From: the human T2T-CHM13v2.0 reference genome, Homo sapiens
Assembly: GCF_009914755.1 (NCBI RefSeq)
Contig: NC_060931.1
Length of the DNA stretch: 64,000 nucleotides
Direction: 5' to 3' (one strand)
Shown here: positions 35,765 to 54,229 of the stretch, piece after piece
How the letters are laid out: each line of letters begins with the position of its first letter
Position numbering within the stretch: the stretch's first letter is position 1
Notes under the pieces: model-generated
The model's input: only the letters and a program-made list of their open reading frames with translations
The model's database searches: none
What the model was told of the DNA's origin: nothing
Translations under genes and position numbers: made by a program

Positions 35765-36830
35765 TCTTTTCTTTTTTTTATTATACTTTTAAGTTCTAGG
35801 GTCCATGTGCACAACGTGCAGGTTTAATACATAGGTATACATGTGCCATGTTGGTTTGCTGCACCCATCAACTCATCATTTACATTAGGTATTTCTCCTA
35901 ATGCTATCCCTTCCCCAGCCCTCCACCTCCTGTCAGGCTCCCGGGTGTGATGTTCCCCGCCTTGTGTCCAAGTGATCTCATTGTTCACTTCTCACCTATG
36001 AGTGAGAATATACAGTGTTTGGTTTTCTGTCCTTGTGATAGTTTGCTGAGAATGATGGTTTCCAGCTTCATCCATGTCCCTGCAAAGGACATGAACTCAT
36101 CCTTTTTTATGGCTGCATAGTATTTCATGGTGTATATGTGCCACATTTTCTTAATCCAGTCTATCACTGATGGACATTTGGGTTGGTTCCAAGTCTTTGC
36201 TACTGTGAATAGTGCCACAATAAACATACGTGTGCATGATTTATAGTAGCATGATTTATAATCCTTTGGGTATATACCCAGTAATGGGATGGCTGGGTCA
36301 AAGGGTATTTCTAGTTCTAGATCCTTGAGGAATCGCCACACTGTCTTCCACAATGGTTGAACTAATTTACAGTCCCACCAACAGTGTAAAACTGTTCCTA
36401 TTTCTCCACACCCTCTCTAGCATCTGCTGTTTCCTGACTTTAATGATTGCCATTCTAACTGGTGTGAGATGGTATCTCGTTGTGGTTTTCATTTGCATTT
36501 CCCTGATGACCAGTGATGATGAGCATGTTTTCATGTGTCTGTTGGCTGCATAGGTGTCTTCTTTTGAAAAGTGTCTGTTCATATCCTTTGCCTACATTTT
36601 GATGGAGTTGTTTTTTTCTTGTAAATTTGTTTGAGTTCTTTGTAGATACTGGATATTAGCCCTTTGTCAGGTGGGTAGATTGCAAAAATTTTCTCCCATT
36701 CTGTAGGTTGCCTGTTCACTCTGATGGTAGTTTCTTTTGCTGTGCAGAAGCTCTTTAGTTTAATTAGATCCCATTTGTCAATTTTGGCTTTTGTTGCCAT
36801 TGCTTTCGGTGTTTGTCATGAAGTCCTTGC
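35765..36830 (-). mobile_element. 5'-truncated L1PA6/7-like
   Basis: Antisense ORF2 C-terminus and 3' UTR, T tract at left, no TSD seen. Confidence 0.92.
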
Positions 36831-37069
36831 TATGGGTCTTAAAATCTCTATGGAATCTAAATTTGGTGTCAAGTTAGCTTATTTTTTATTGGTCTACTTT
36901 GAGTGTAAATGAAAACAGATGAATGCTACCTTCCTTAACAATAGTCTTTTGTTAATTTTAAATCTGAAATTTTTGTTTTGGTAAAATTTTGAATTTATAT
37001 TAAAGCTTTTTTAGCTTTATGCCCCCTAGCTATTAACAGAAGCAAACTCTTGCTGTTTATTTATGACAG

Positions 37070-37195
37070 AACACACATGCAGGACTTGAAAGATGTTACT
37101 AACAATGTCCACTACGAGAACTATGGAAGCAGAAAATTGGCAGCTGTGACTTACAATGGAGTTGATAACAACAAGAATAAAGGGCAGCTGACTAA
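37070..37195 (+). pseudogene. SEPTIN7: SEPTIN7 duplicated exon (126 nt, end of GTPase domain/septin unique element)
   Basis: acag|...|gtaagt borders. Encodes [41 protein letters not shown](K). Confidence 0.95.
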
Positions 37196-37694
37196 GTAAG
37201 TATATATTTTTTCTCCAAAAAAGGTATTCTTTCTGTAGTCAATAATCATATTGTTTCATTTTCATTAAATTTCTCCTGGCTCCTCAGTAGAAAATTTGGA
37301 TAATGTTCTCTATGCACAACAGCATAAATGTATATTGTTATGCTTTGTTAATAGTAGACACTTTTTTGAATGAACCATTTTGATGGAGTTTTCACTTACA
37401 GATTGTGTGGAAACAAAGGACAGTCTTTAATAAAAGGAATAGGTAGATGAATTTATTCTTGCTTACCTTCTCTAATCCTATTCCAGGGAGTAAATTAGCT
37501 GGAGTTTTGGTTTCTTCTTTTGGTTGTTAGAGTGGTGTAAGTGACTACGAATTGTGTAGCTTTGTCCTATTGAGCTTGTATCTCAAGCTGTGGTGTTTTT
37601 ATGTGGGGGTCGAAAAAAGAGATGTGTGAGGAAGCTGGTAACCATGTCTGTGCCCTCCTTTTAAAAAATTTGTCATTACTGAAGATCATAATTA

Positions 37695-38501
37695 CACCAT
37701 ATGTCACTTAACAATGGGGCTATTCTGAGAAATGTGTCATTGGGCTATTTCGTCATTCTGTAAACATCATAGAGTGTACCTACACAAACCTAGATGGTAG
37801 AGCCTTCTACACACCTAGGTTATGTGCTCTAGCTATTGCTTGTAGGCTATAAATCTATATAGCGTGTTACTGTACTGAATGTCATAGACAGTTGTAACAT
37901 AATGTTAAGTATTTGTGTATCTAAACATAGAAAAGGTGCAGTAAAAATACAGTATAAAAGATTAAAAATGGGATATGTGTATAGGGCACTTGTTGTGAAT
38001 GGAGCTTGCAGGACAGGAGCTTGCTCTGGATGAGCCAGTGAGAGAGTGGTGAGTGAATGTGAAGGCCTAGGACATTACTGTACACTACTGTGGACTTTAT
38101 TAACACTGTACACTTGGGCTATACTAAATTTATTTTTTAAATTTGTCTTTAATAATCTTATTTTGCTGTAACTTTTATAACTTAAATTTTAAAAAACTTT
38201 TTGATTCTTTTGTAGTAACACTTAGCTTAAAACACAAACACATTGAACAGATGTACAAAAATATGATCTTTATAATCTTTATTCTATAAGCTTTTTTCTA
38301 TTTTAAAAGTTCTTTCTTTTTTCCCTTCAAACTTTTTTTTTTTTCTTAAAAACGAAGACATAAACTTACACATTAGCCCAGGCCTACTCAGTCAAGATCA
38401 TCAAGATGCTACCGGGCAGTAGGAATTTTTCAGTTCCTAGGGGCCACCATCATATATGCAGACCCTTGTTGACTGAAATGTCATTATGCAGTGCATAGCT
38501 G
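37695..38501 (+). mobile_element. Tigger3 (MER7/Golem) derivative
   Basis: cacttaacaatgggg...ttctgagaaatgtgtc...acacaaacctagatggta...gtcattatgcagtgcatagctg. Confidence 0.85.
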
Positions 38502-39036
38502 TATTACAAAACCATTTTAAATAATGGGCATTTGTAGCTAGGTGTTAGCTACCATTAGACGAAAATCCTAAAGGATCAACTATATAAATACGAAAGACAA
38601 GTTCTGAAAGTAGCTATAGTGTTTTCCATAGTGGTTAACATGCCTTATAATGGAATAAAAAAATGTCCCTTCTTAAATATTTAAAATATAAGATTCTGTT
38701 TGAGGTAAGCCTCAGTACGTGAACAAAAGGAAGGCTTTTTATCTCTTTTGAGCAAAATGTTTATTGAACAACTTTGGCAAAAAATGTAAGGATCCATCAT
38801 AGTGAATATTGTTCATAAAATCCTAATTCACTTTAAACTCATTATCATTAACGATGAACTTTTTAACTCATTAAAAGAAACACATACACAAAGCTACTGA
38901 TAATTTTGTATGTTAAAATACTACCAGTACATATTTTTTGTTAAATATATGTACTTATTCAATATATTTTTTAAATGTTTGTTATGTTGTAGATATAAGG
39001 AATTGTTTATTTGTCCCCATGTCTCAAATATAAGGC

Positions 39037-39329
39037 TTTTTTTTTTGAGACAGAGTCTCACGCTGTTGCCCAGGCTGGAGTGCAGTGGTGCGATCTTAGC
39101 TCACTGCAAGCTCCACCTCCGGGTTCACGCCATTCTCCTGCCTCAGCCTCCCGAATAGCTGGCAATACAGGCGCCTGCCACCAGGCCCAGCTAATTTTTT
39201 GTATTTTGTTCAGTGGAGACGGGGTTTCACCATGTTAGCCAGGATGGTCTCGATCTGCTGACCTCGTGATCCGCCTGCCTCGGCCTTCCAAAGTGCTGGG
39301 ATTACAGGCATGAGCCACGGCGCTTGGCC
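39037..39329 (-). mobile_element. AluY/Sc
   Basis: TSD atataaggctttt. Confidence 0.95.
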
Positions 39330-40213
39330 ATATAAGGCTTTTTAAAGTAGTGCTGTTGGATGCAGGTAAGATAATTCAGAGAAAAATTGTAAACTTTACA
39401 GTATCATGAAGTTTTTTTCTAAATATACAAAATTCTACTGTGTGGATACATGAGTTAAACTATATCCCAGGTGAAAACATAAATAGTAGAATTCTACTGG
39501 AAATATATCTCTTAAAGAGAGGAATGATGACCATACTTTGCCTATGCAAATATAAAAAATGTTTGCATTGCTAAAACGCAAATTGCTCCAGGAGCTAGCA
39601 TAATATTTTATGTTAATAATAAGTAGGAAAATAAACATTTTAGAAAATAAAGCCAAGTGGGGAATGGCTGTAATTGGAATAGATATTTGATACGATTTGA
39701 TAAATTAGATTGTTACTACTTCATTGAATAACACATACTGAATCTGAAAGAAATCACTTAGAAGTTTTATCGATTGGTTGTACCTTACATTGTCTTGAAA
39801 ATGTTAGCAATTTCAAAAAATATTTTTGTTAAATTTTTCTTTAAAAATCATTAACAACTTATGGTTCTTTAGCTGATGTAAGGTGCTTTTCCTCATAGCT
39901 CAGTACATATCCATGAATAACTGAAAAGAAAGACTAATGTTTAAATAAGTGAAGTAAGCAGGTGTGAGTTTAGGCTTCTTTTAATGTTCTTTTTGTATTG
40001 CTCTCACGTGACTCTCCATAGCAATGTATTCTTTGATAGTGGTAGCGAGGAGGGGTTGAGAGTTGCAAGAATTTTGGCATGGAAGGTGAACCTATTGAAA
40101 ATTTATAGTTAAATTGATCTTTGGCAATGTATGCTTCACAAAGTGCTAATCACACTTTGGTTTTAAAATATAAGCCAAACTTTTTAAAGATGTTAGACAT
40201 TGAATAGTAAAAT

Positions 40214-40418
40214 ACATTCATGTGCCACATAACGATGTTTTGGTCAATGACTGACTGCATATACGACAAATTCCCATAATATTATCATGCCATACCATAG
40301 AGCCTAAGTGTGTAGTAGGTTATACTATCTAGGGTTGTGTAAGTACACTCTGTGTTGTTCGTGCAATGACAAATGAATTTCTCAGCATGTATCCCAATTT
40401 TTAAGCAATGCATGACTG
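40214..40418 (-). mobile_element. Short Tigger3 derivative
   Basis: catgtgccacataacgatgtt ... aagcaatgcatgactg termini. Confidence 0.7.
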
Positions 40419-40492
40419 TAGATCAATTTATCTTATGTTTAAATTTTCTGAGGTAGTTTTGGGCAAACTGTAGAGTCTATTGAAACATGAAA

Positions 40493-40775
40493 TAAAAAAC
40501 CAAACACCGCATATTCTCACTCATAGGTGGGAATTGAACAATGAGAACACATGGACACAGGAAGGGGAACATCACACACTGGGGCCTGTTGTGGGGTGGG
40601 GGGAGGGGGGAGGGATAGCATTAGGAGATATACCTAATGTTAAATGACGAGTTAATGGGTGCAGCACACCAACATGGCACATGTATACATATGTAACTAA
40701 CCTGCACGTTGTGCACAGGTACCCTAGAACTTAAAGTATAATAAAAAAATAAAAAATTAAAATTAAAATTAAAAA
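40493..40775 (+). mobile_element. Short L1PA4/5 3' end
   Basis: L1 3' UTR with G tract and A-rich tail. Confidence 0.92.
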
Positions 40776-40856
40776 TGTAAGTGTAGATGTCTGAAAATGT
40801 GCCTTTCTGTTATGTCAAGAGCCCTAGAACAATTCTATTTTAGAGGGACTTAAAAC

Positions 40857-40916
40857 AAGAATTAGATTGTGTGGTTTAAATCTGAAGAATTAGATTGTGT
40901 GGTTTAAATCTGAAGA
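40857..40916. repeat. Perfect 28-bp tandem duplication
   Basis: aagaattagattgtgtggtttaaatctg twice, followed by aaga. Confidence 0.95.
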
Positions 40917-42611
40917 CTAGATGAACTTGTCCAGTCAGCTATAATTCATCTCAAGGTTAGATCTAGAGAAGTGGATGCTATTCTTAGCAGCTATCCAGTA
41001 ATTACCTGTTTCTGACAAAGAAAGTATGGAGCCATCTAAGTGCTTCTTATATCCTTAGAGAATGTATCTTGCATCCCTGTATGGAGGTTAGTGGATGGTT
41101 GGAAGCCACAGAAACGGTAACCTCTGAAATCAAAGAAAATTCAGCAAGGGTTTGTAAAGGAAAGGGCAGAAGAGTTGGTCATATCCAGATTGCTGATCTC
41201 TTAAAGGAAGTGATCCCCAATAAGAGAAGGGCCGTCTCTTTTTTTTTCTTTTTGCTAAACATCCTTCTTGAAGTTTTATCTGCCTCCTTTTTCCTTGATC
41301 TTCCTTGTACCCTTTACTTAAAGTCACATTTGATTGGTGACTCTTTTTCAGAACTGATGTCTATCATTGGTACCAATTGTGACAATAGATACCTTGCTCC
41401 AAGTTGGGGGCAAACCCTAGTCTCTCTTTCCTTTATGTTAATTTATTTTTCTCTTCTTTATAGCCTTCTCCATCAGTCATCTTGGGAAAACTTTATAAGT
41501 GAATGACTAAAAATACAAGTTTCAAAGGTAGATCCTCAGAATTCTTGATACATGACAAGAGTTTTCATTTTGTGACCTACTAACCACTGGAGCAAAAGTA
41601 TGTAAATCTACTTGCTTACTGTGTTCTTTAGGAAAGACCACCACACATAATTTAAATGAAACATGATTGTCTTTTATTACACTCCAAATATGGGTCGGGT
41701 GTAATGCAGCAAAGTAGAACTTGACTAGGTCATCCTTCTGTGGTGGCTCTAATTTTATTGGTCACATGAAGGGGTGTGGCTTGCAAGAATTTTAACCTGA
41801 TAAAGACAACCCTAGAAGGAGCTAAATCTTTGGGGATTTAGTTTCATATTCAGGTTATGTTGTAACCATTTTCTTTTTCTTGTTTTACTAGGCTTTTTCC
41901 ATTACTTTGTCTGGATTTTTAATTTCGCTGGTAGGTTTGTGAGCTTTACTACTATATGTGTGTGGGTAAGAGTTTCCTATTAAAAAGCAGGCAGGCAATG
42001 ATATAACTTAAATGGTTTTTCCAGCCATTTAATAAAAGGTTTTACTTGGAACAAAATAGTAAATGTGAAGACAAAAAGTGATCTCCCTACATTTTCTATA
42101 TTGTAAGCACAATTGTTTGTTTTGATTTTTTAAAAATTAATCAAGATGACTAGAAGTGAGGTGTTAGTTTAAAAATTAAAAATTTGAAAGATAATTTTTA
42201 CTGGTGAGAGACTTCAAAAAATTCATTTTAAATATGCATGAATGAACATTTTTTCACAGTATTTGAGTATATTTGGTCAGATTATTTTTACAAGGCTAAA
42301 ATCTTACAGTATCTTAGCTGTTAGATATTGCAGATTTCTTTTAGAAAGTACACACATTTAGCAGATTTAGAACTTTGAACAGACTTTCAGAAGACAATCG
42401 CACAACATATTTATTTTCATAGTGATTTAGTGTAATGATTATGAAAGTAATTTGGGAAATAAATTAGCTTTAGCAAATTTTACTGTAATTTTTTTTATTT
42501 AGGGCACATACCTTAGTAATTTAATTGTGAAAGCTATGCGTTTGCCTTTAATTGAAGCTTTTAGCATGCTTTACTTTAAATGTGCTAAACCACTAATTTT
42601 TGTTCCTTTAG

Positions 42612-42632
42612 ATATGATACAGTTGAAAGCAT
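42612..42632 (+). pseudogene. SEPTIN7: Probable SEPTIN7 21-nt alternative microexon copy
   Basis: ctaat branch site, ttttgttcctttag|ATATGATACAGTTGAAAGCAT|gtaagg. Phase 2-2, giving TK-YDTVESM-SPLAQ in the SEPT7 frame. Confidence 0.65.
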
Positions 42633-42691
42633 GTAAGGCAGGGGATTGTTTTTCTAAAGACATAGCAGTTTTACTATACAGGGATTTTTAA

Positions 42692-43015
<324 letters not shown>

Positions 43016-43601
43016 TAAAAGAAGATTTTGAAACATCATTGCATGTTTTCTCTGCAGTCTCTTATTTTTCCCCTAGAGTTATTTAAATAATAATTTAGGT
43101 GGCAAAATTACCTGCTCCTTCCCAAGGATAAAGTAAAATAAACATTTTATAGATAAGTTATGTAAGTAGGAATAGATATTTAATTCTCTCTGATTTCTAA
43201 TTTAATGCATTTACAATCACAGTTATATTGTTGAATAATATTAAGTTGCTTAAATACACATATTCAGTTACTAAAGGTTAGCAATTAAAAATCATTTTTA
43301 GATTATTTCTTTTCTAGAGCTTAAAAAAGATTTTTGGGGTGTTAGGGGACAGTGGGAATTATAGACTCCTTGAAAATCTAGCAAAAGCTTTGGACCCTTT
43401 CACCAGAAGAATACTGGCAAACACAAACACACATTTGGTGCGCTGTTTCAGGGCAGTCACTGACACTGGGTGTGCTCAGGAGATCAGAAGCAACTATATT
43501 AAAAACACCTGCCATTAATATGAGGCATATATTATTAAGAAGGATCTCATCAACTTTTAACAAAAAAAAAAAAATTACACTTGAAAATGTATTTCAGCTG
43601 A

Positions 43602-43918
<317 letters not shown>

Positions 43919-44122
43919 TGGACTTCCTCTTCTGAGCGCCCTGCTGACATGTCCTGATGATGACTGTTCCTGCAGAGGTCTGCAGAACCCCCAGTTACCT
44001 GGCCCTGAGATCATGGAGTGCTCCCTTGCCCAGGCTCCCTTGCCCAGGGAGGCCCCGCCTCTCCTGACATGCTGGAGGGGACCTGCCTTAACTTTCTCGG
44101 GTACCCTCTCCTCCCCTCCCAG

Positions 44123-44248
44123 GTCTCCCGATTCCTGTTGGTGCAACCCCAGAGCTGCTGCACAGCGGAAGAGGCCTTGGCACACCCCTTCTTCCTGCAG
44201 TACGTGGTGGAGGAAGTGCGGCACTTCAGCCCCCGGGGGAAGTTCAAG
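44123..44248 (+). pseudogene. PHKG1: PHKG1 penultimate exon copy (126 nt)
   Basis: cccag|...|gtacga borders. Encodes [42 protein letters not shown]. Confidence 0.93.
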
Positions 44249-44590
44249 GTACGAAGCCTCCTGACCCAGACCCTACGGCAGTTGCCGCCAGCTCCCCAAG
44301 TGCAAACCTCTAAGCCGTCTCCTCTCCCAGGGGTCCTTATACCCCGCGGGTTTCCAGAGTACCCACCCCTCCCCTCCCAGCCGCCCTGTGATGGCTTCAG
44401 AGATGGCAGGTGTCAGCCCACTGGCTCCGTCCCTGAGGATGCTGGCCAAGTGGGAAGTGGGGGACACTAGGAGGGCCCCGCAGAAGCCATCGAAGGCTTC
44501 GTGGCAAAAAAGCCCAGAGAGTCCTGTGCTGGAGGGGCAGGGCCTGGCAGGGCGTGGGCTGCAGCCCAGCTTCTCTGCCTGGCCCTGCAG

Positions 44591-44840
44591 GTGATCGCTC
44601 TGACTGTGCTGGCTTCAGTGCTGATCTACTGCCAGTACCACCGGGTGAACCCAGTGACCCGGGAGATCGTCATCCGAGACCCACCCCTACACCCTCCAGC
44701 CTCTGTGCCGGCTCATCGACGCCTACGCTTTCCGAATCTATGGCCCCTGGGCGAGGAAGGGGCAGCAGCAGAACTGGGCAGCCCTTTTCAAGAACACACC
44801 CAAGGCCGTGCTCCTCTCCCTGGCCGAGGAGGATTACTGA
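44591..44840 (+). pseudogene. PHKG1: PHKG1 last coding exon copy with a +4 frameshift
   Basis: gcag|[10 protein letters not shown]...REIVIRDP, an accc duplication near 44680, then ...[11 protein letters not shown]...[18 protein letters not shown]. Length is 250 nt versus 246 expected. Confidence 0.93.
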
Positions 44841-45240
44841 GGGGCTGGCCAGTCAGGGAGGGCTGGGGGCCAGGTTGGGAGGGGAAGCCACGGAAATACA
44901 AGTCAAAGGGGTAAGATGCATGCAGGCCTCTGCAGAAGGAGCGCTTGGCCCTGGCCAGGAACCCCTGGAGCTGAGGCCACGATCGCTTCTGTGCACAAGG
45001 GAAGCGGGTTTTCCTACCACACAGCAATACCTACAGGCTGGGGCAGGCCCTGGGTTGGCAGAGATCACACGTGGCCTGAGAACCAGGAACCCCCTGCTCC
45101 TCCACTTCCTAGATGAGCCGCCATCTCCGTTTCTTTTTAGGGGAGGCCCAGAGTTACTGAGACTAGGGCCCTCTTCCCTTAGGGTCCCAGGGTGAGGATG
45201 AAAGACACAGAAATGTCTGAGATACACAATCGCAGGAGAT

Positions 45241-45246
45241 TTTATT
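45241..45246 (-). promoter_or_regulatory. AATAAA on minus strand, probably the poly(A) signal of the convergent SUMF2 3' UTR copied with PHKG1
   Basis: tttatt is seen. The SUMF2 assignment rests only on the known tail-to-tail arrangement of PHKG1 and SUMF2. Confidence 0.4.
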
Positions 45247-45324
45247 GACCCCATGACATCCAGTGACAGTGTGGGAGCAGGCTACTCTCCAGGGACATGT
45301 TTCTGGAGGCATATGGAGAAGGGG

Positions 45325-48047
<2,723 letters not shown>

Positions 48048-48750
48048 CTCTACCCTTCTCTTTACTAGAGCAAAGGAATATTTCCATTTCTAGTTACCTA
48101 GTTACCCACTAGGTCAGGGAAGACAGAAACTGCTTTTAATATTCTTTTGCTGCTTGAAGAATTAACTCAATCATATGCCCTGACCAATTCACATGGAATT
48201 AAACTCTTGGGTCTAGCAAATGGTGTTTATTTCACTAGGGGGAGGAGAAACCTTTATGAAGTAGGTCTACAGCGGAGCCAACCTTATCTGTTGCTATAAT
48301 TTTGCCCCAGTTTTTAAAGGCCTCATTAAAGATATCAAGGCCATGATTCCACAGGGATTTATAAACTCATCAGGGACATGTCAGGGAATGAGATAATGAA
48401 GACAACACACTATTTGGTGAGTTATCGCCGGAGCCACACTGTATTTGGCTGTGAGCACTGTATATCGTGGCTTAATTAGAGACACCCATTAACCAGGAGC
48501 CAGACTGACATTTTTATCTTGCGCCCATACTTCTAAATTATTCCTCAAATGGAATATGTCGTAGCAGCCAAGATATCCAACCCTGACATTACACGCATGG
48601 ACCCAACCAGCCAATAGGCCTGGAAGAAAATCAGACAGTAGCGTCCTGGACCATTCTCTTATTTATTTAACGTGTGTTCATTCATTCCCCAGAGTGTTGT
48701 TGGAATCAATTAAAGATAAAAGACACAAAGCCATGCCATGCAGAATAAAT

Positions 48751-49277
48751 GAGATAGATAGATAGATAGATGATAGAAATAGATAGATAGATGCTAGATA
48801 GATAGATAGATAGATATGTATAGATGGAGAGAGAGAAACAGATGGATAGGCATAGAGAGATAAGTAGAAGACAGATAGATATATAGATAGATAGATAGAT
48901 AGATATAGGTGGAGAGAGAAACAGATGAATAGGAATAGATAGATGGATAGATAGATGATAGATAGAGGAATAGATGGATACATAGATGATAGATAAATAT
49001 AGATACATATAGATGGAGAGAGAAAAATGGATAGATATATGGATAGATGGATAGGGAGAGATACATAGATATAGATCAATAGATGGATACATGATAGATA
49101 AATACATATGTATAGATGGAGAGAAATGGATAGATAGATGGATAGGGATAAATAGAAGTAGATGGATACAGAGATGGATAGACAGATATAGACAGATGTG
49201 AAAAATACATATATATGTGTATGTGTAGTTATAAATATGTATATATGTAGTAACAAATATGTGTATATGTATTTATA

Positions 49278-49321
<44 letters not shown>
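48751..49321. repeat. Compound (GATA/GGAT)n region followed by (TA/TG)n and (GT)n
   Basis: Directly visible. It is the source of the low-complexity ORFs at 48678-49472. Confidence 0.95.
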
Positions 49322-49323
<2 letters not shown>

Positions 49324-49509
49324 CTCTCCATGCATCCTGGGTTGTCAGAGACAAGAAGGAGCCCAGCAGAAAGTACCCGCTGAGGGAGACATGAAAACTC
49401 TGAATTTTGAATGTGTTCCCCACACCACGCAGCTCCATAGCACAGCATAAAACATTTGGCATTTGGAAGCATTTTGTGCTTTTCTGTTGGTTTTGGGTTA
49501 AATTCTGTT

Positions 49510-50000
49510 TGTAGTTCTATGTATTTAGGGGGTGCAAGTGCAGGTTTCTTAGGGAATATATTGTGGAGTGGTGAAGTCTGGGCTTTTCATGTACCCATCG
49601 CCCAAATAGTGAACATTATACCCAATAGGTACTTTTTCAGTCCTCACCCCCTCCCAGCCTCCCACCTTTCATAGTCTCCAATGTCTATTATTCCCTCTGT
49701 ATGACCATGTGTATGCACTGATTAGCTCCCACTTACAAGTGAGACCGTGTGGTATTTGGCTTTCTGTTCCTGAGTTATTTCACCTAGGATTATGGCCTCC
49801 AGTTCCATTCACATTGCTACAAAAGACATTATTTTATTTCATTCTTTTTAATGGCTGAGTAGTATTTCATGGTGTCTATATAGCACATTTTTAAAATCCA
49901 ATCTTCCCTTGATGGGCACTTAGGTGGATTCCACATCTTTGCTATTGTGAATAATGCTGCGATAAACATACAAGTGCAGGTGTCTTTTTGATATCTTTAT
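49510..50000 (-). mobile_element. L1PB/L1MA 3' UTR fragment
   Basis: ttagctcccacttacaagtgaga...ggcctccagttccat...ttgctattgtgaataatgctgc. Confidence 0.85.
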
Positions 50001-50419
50001 TTTTAGAGGCATTTTGAAGCATAAGTGGACTGTGGGAAGGCAGAGATCCATCCATGAGAAGGGCATGTCAGGCAAAAAGAATGGCTTGGACAAAGGGTGA
50101 CAGTGTAGAAATACATGGTGTGAATGAGGATAAAACACAACAAGCCCCATTTGGATTGAGCAAAATATACTGCAGGAGAGAGAACTGGATGCAGTTATGG
50201 CATGAATCAGAAATAATTTCAACTTCCTAAGGGGAAGTTGTGAAACTTGATTTCCATCATATCTGGGAAGTGAATAAAGCCCAGAAAGTTTAAGGTATCA
50301 GTTTGAAGAACTTGAGTGTTATGGTTCATGCCACTGGGCCTCTGGGGATCGTGTTGAATAAATATTTAGAAATAGTGCTTTATGAGTATTGCTGTTAATT
50401 AAGTATTAAGGAGTAATCA

Positions 50420-51241
50420 TGTCATTGCCTGATGGCCTCTTATCCCCCACTGCACAGATACAGCCAATTTACTGAGACAGAAGTATTGTAATAAAGAGTT
50501 TAATAAACACAGAGCCAGCTAAACAGGATATAGGAGTTTATTACTCACATCAGTCTCCCTGAAAGCTTGGAAGCTAGGGTTTTCATGGCTAATTTGGCCG
50601 GGAGGGGCTAAGCAATGGGTATTGCTTATTGGTTGAAGATAAAATCATAGGGGTGTGGAAAACAGTCCCCGTGAGCCGAGTCAGCCTTTGGGTGGGGACC
50701 ACAGGACTGGGTTGAGTCATGAGTCATGGGTCCAAATGGAGTTAGTTGTAAGAATGCAATAGTCTGAAAAACATCTCAAAAGGCCCCTTTTAGGTTCTAC
50801 AATAGAGATGTTATCTATATGAGCAATTGGGGAAGTCACAAATCTTGTGAAGTCTGGATTCATGAATCCTGAGTGATTAGGGATTATAAGAAAGCAAGCT
50901 ATGGAACAATGGCGGGTTATTATTTAACTAAGCCTACATCTGAGCAGATTTCAGACCCCTCCTATAATCCCAATCTCGTGGTTTTTCACGGATCTTACAA
51001 AGATGGTTTCAGTACTGAAACAAGGAGGGGTTCAGTTTTAGAAAGGGAGTCCTATTATCCTTGATTCAAAGTCAAACTGTAAATTAAATTTCTCCCATGG
51101 TTAGGTTGGTCTATGCCAAGAATGAACAAAGGCAGCTTGGAGTTTAGAAGCAAAATGGAATCAGGTCAGATTTCTTTCCCTGTCATAATTTTTCTATGTC
51201 ATGTTTCTCTCACTGTCATACTTTTTGCAAAGGTGGTTTCA
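50420..51241 (-). mobile_element. Solo ERV1 LTR (LTR8 family)
   Basis: TG...CA termini with a 4-bp TSD atca (50416, 51242). Ends in tttttgcaaaggtggtttca. Confidence 0.85.
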
Positions 51242-51248
51242 ATCATAA

Positions 51249-51585
<337 letters not shown>

Positions 51586-52478
51586 ATTTCCAAGTTTTAT
51601 CAGCATCTCTTCTAGAGATTAAACAGGTACTGCACAGGGTTGACCTTCAAACCATAGGTGGAATGAACAGAAGCTTGTGCGTGGCCCACATGAGAAAAGA
51701 TGGCACATCCTGTGGTCTTCCACGAAGTGTCTCTAGCAGTCATGGTGGCAGCATTCCAGCAAAGGGTAGCTAAGGGCTGCAGGATAGAAAATTCCGAAAG
51801 CAATGATTTCTTCCAGTTGTGCAGTGGAAGCCTTCTCCTGCAAGAAAGAAACCAAAGCAAAGATCAGACTACAAGCAGCAAGGTCAGAGTCCATGGGGAG
51901 AAAGTTTACAGGCACCTTCCCACAGAAAGCCAAACATCAGGAGCCAGAAGAGAAAGCTTCCTAAAGAAGCCAGAGAAGTCAAGACTAGCCCCACCTGGCT
52001 GGAATTTCCAGAGACAAACGTTAAACCACAGCCTGAAAATGCAGTTGCATGTTTCAACCCCGTCTTATCCTCTAGGTGAGGCTAGACCCTGCCTGCCTGG
52101 TCTCATGCTTATTACTCTGTGCAACGTAGGTGGACAAGAAATACCCCTGGAAGGACCTGGGAGGGGAAAATAATGCCACCTTCAGTTTCGGTTTTCAGAA
52201 AGGGGTTCGCAAGGAAAGTACATTTGTCCAGGAATCAGGTCTGAGTGCCATAGCCCAGTACACAGGCTATGGAACCAGCAAATTTGAGTTCCAATCCAAA
52301 ACTCTGTCTCCGAACCAGATTAAGAGACAGGGTCCTAGGCCATGTCAACATGTCATACATCAGAAATGTGGTGTCTGTTCTGGACTTCTGCTTTGCTGGT
52401 TTGCCCTTAACATGGTAGGTGATATGCTGATCCTGACTCATTGAATAAATAGTGAACAAATATTTAAAAGAGGTACAA

Positions 52479-53260
<782 letters not shown>

Positions 53261-53526
53261 TCAAGGGGTGAGTGGCGGGTGTTCTATAAATTGTGATTAT
53301 TCATCCCTAGCTCTGCCAGTAAGTGTTTGCTCTTACATAGCTCACTTTTCCTTTCCGAAGTTCAGTGTTCTCACATGCAAACTGGGGGATTCAGACCAGA
53401 TAACCCCTAAGAAGTAAAAGCGAGCTTTCTGTTTTTCATTGTGCTGTGTTTCCAAAGCAGCACCTGGTGAGAAAGCAAGCGGTGCCCCACCTGGAAGCAG
53501 GAAGAGAACTAGTGTCTTGAGGTTAC

Positions 53527-54229
<703 letters not shown>

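Noticed and set aside
41892-41930. 39-nt AG/GT-bounded candidate exon with a strong pyrimidine tract
   Set aside because: It has a stop in the SEPT7 frame and no recognisable homology. A poison exon is possible but unsupported.
48678-49472. 264-aa ORF, the longest in the track
   Set aside because: Translation of (TATC)n and (CA)n simple repeats.
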